DNA of 6,599 nucleotides from a virus (taxonomy: Duplodnaviria > Heunggongvirae > Uroviricota > Caudoviricetes), in IMG/VR virus record IMGVR_UViG_2675903254_000004. One strand, given 5' to 3'. Position numbers and translations under genes: made by a program. The notes under the pieces were generated by a model. That model did not search any database and was not told the DNA's origin. It saw only the letters and a list, made by a program, of their open reading frames with translations. Shown piece by piece: positions 6,578 through 6,599 of the stretch. Positions within the stretch are counted from its first letter, which is position 1. Every line of letters starts with the position of its first letter.

Positions 6578-6599
6578 TTAAACGATGCTGATTGCCGTT
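6578..6599 (-). CDS. D: Head decoration protein (lambda gpD-like), last 6 codons plus stop only; 5' end outside window
   Basis: The minus strand at the window end reads ACG GCA ATC AGC ATC GTT TAA = T-A-I-S-I-V-stop, the lambda gpD C-terminus as I recall it. It sits about 55 nt upstream of the E start, the same spacing as in lambda. Confidence 0.8.

Noticed and set aside
1-6599. Search for tRNA or other RNA genes, CRISPR repeats, att sites, IS elements or defence-island features
   Set aside because: No direct-repeat arrays, no terminal inverted repeats flanking any ORF, no cloverleaf-capable noncoding stretches. Noncoding DNA totals only about 150 nt and is explained by the two hairpin spacers and ribosome binding sites.

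Overview
This window is the head-tail structural (late) gene block of a lambda-like siphovirus or prophage, read entirely on the minus strand. Gene order along the minus strand is D (3' end only), E (major capsid), FI, FII, Z, U, V (major tail tube), G and the G-T frameshift product, then H (tape measure, running off the window start). The proteins match what I recall of phage lambda almost residue for residue, and the gene lengths are collinear with lambda's. Genes are packed with 0-15 nt spacers or overlapping start/stop codons, and every long plus-strand ORF is an antisense shadow. I do not see a novel or undescribed system in the readable sequence: there is no inserted cargo gene, RNA gene, CRISPR array or mobile element. 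The points worth a second look are small. They are a 42-N gap inside H that does not preserve the reading frame, a 7-codon C-terminal extension of FII where lambda (from memory) has a stop codon, two hairpin plus U-tract elements flanking E, the G/G-T slippery site, and a one-codon shorter FI. All comparisons with lambda rest on my recollection of the reference and were not checked by any search.
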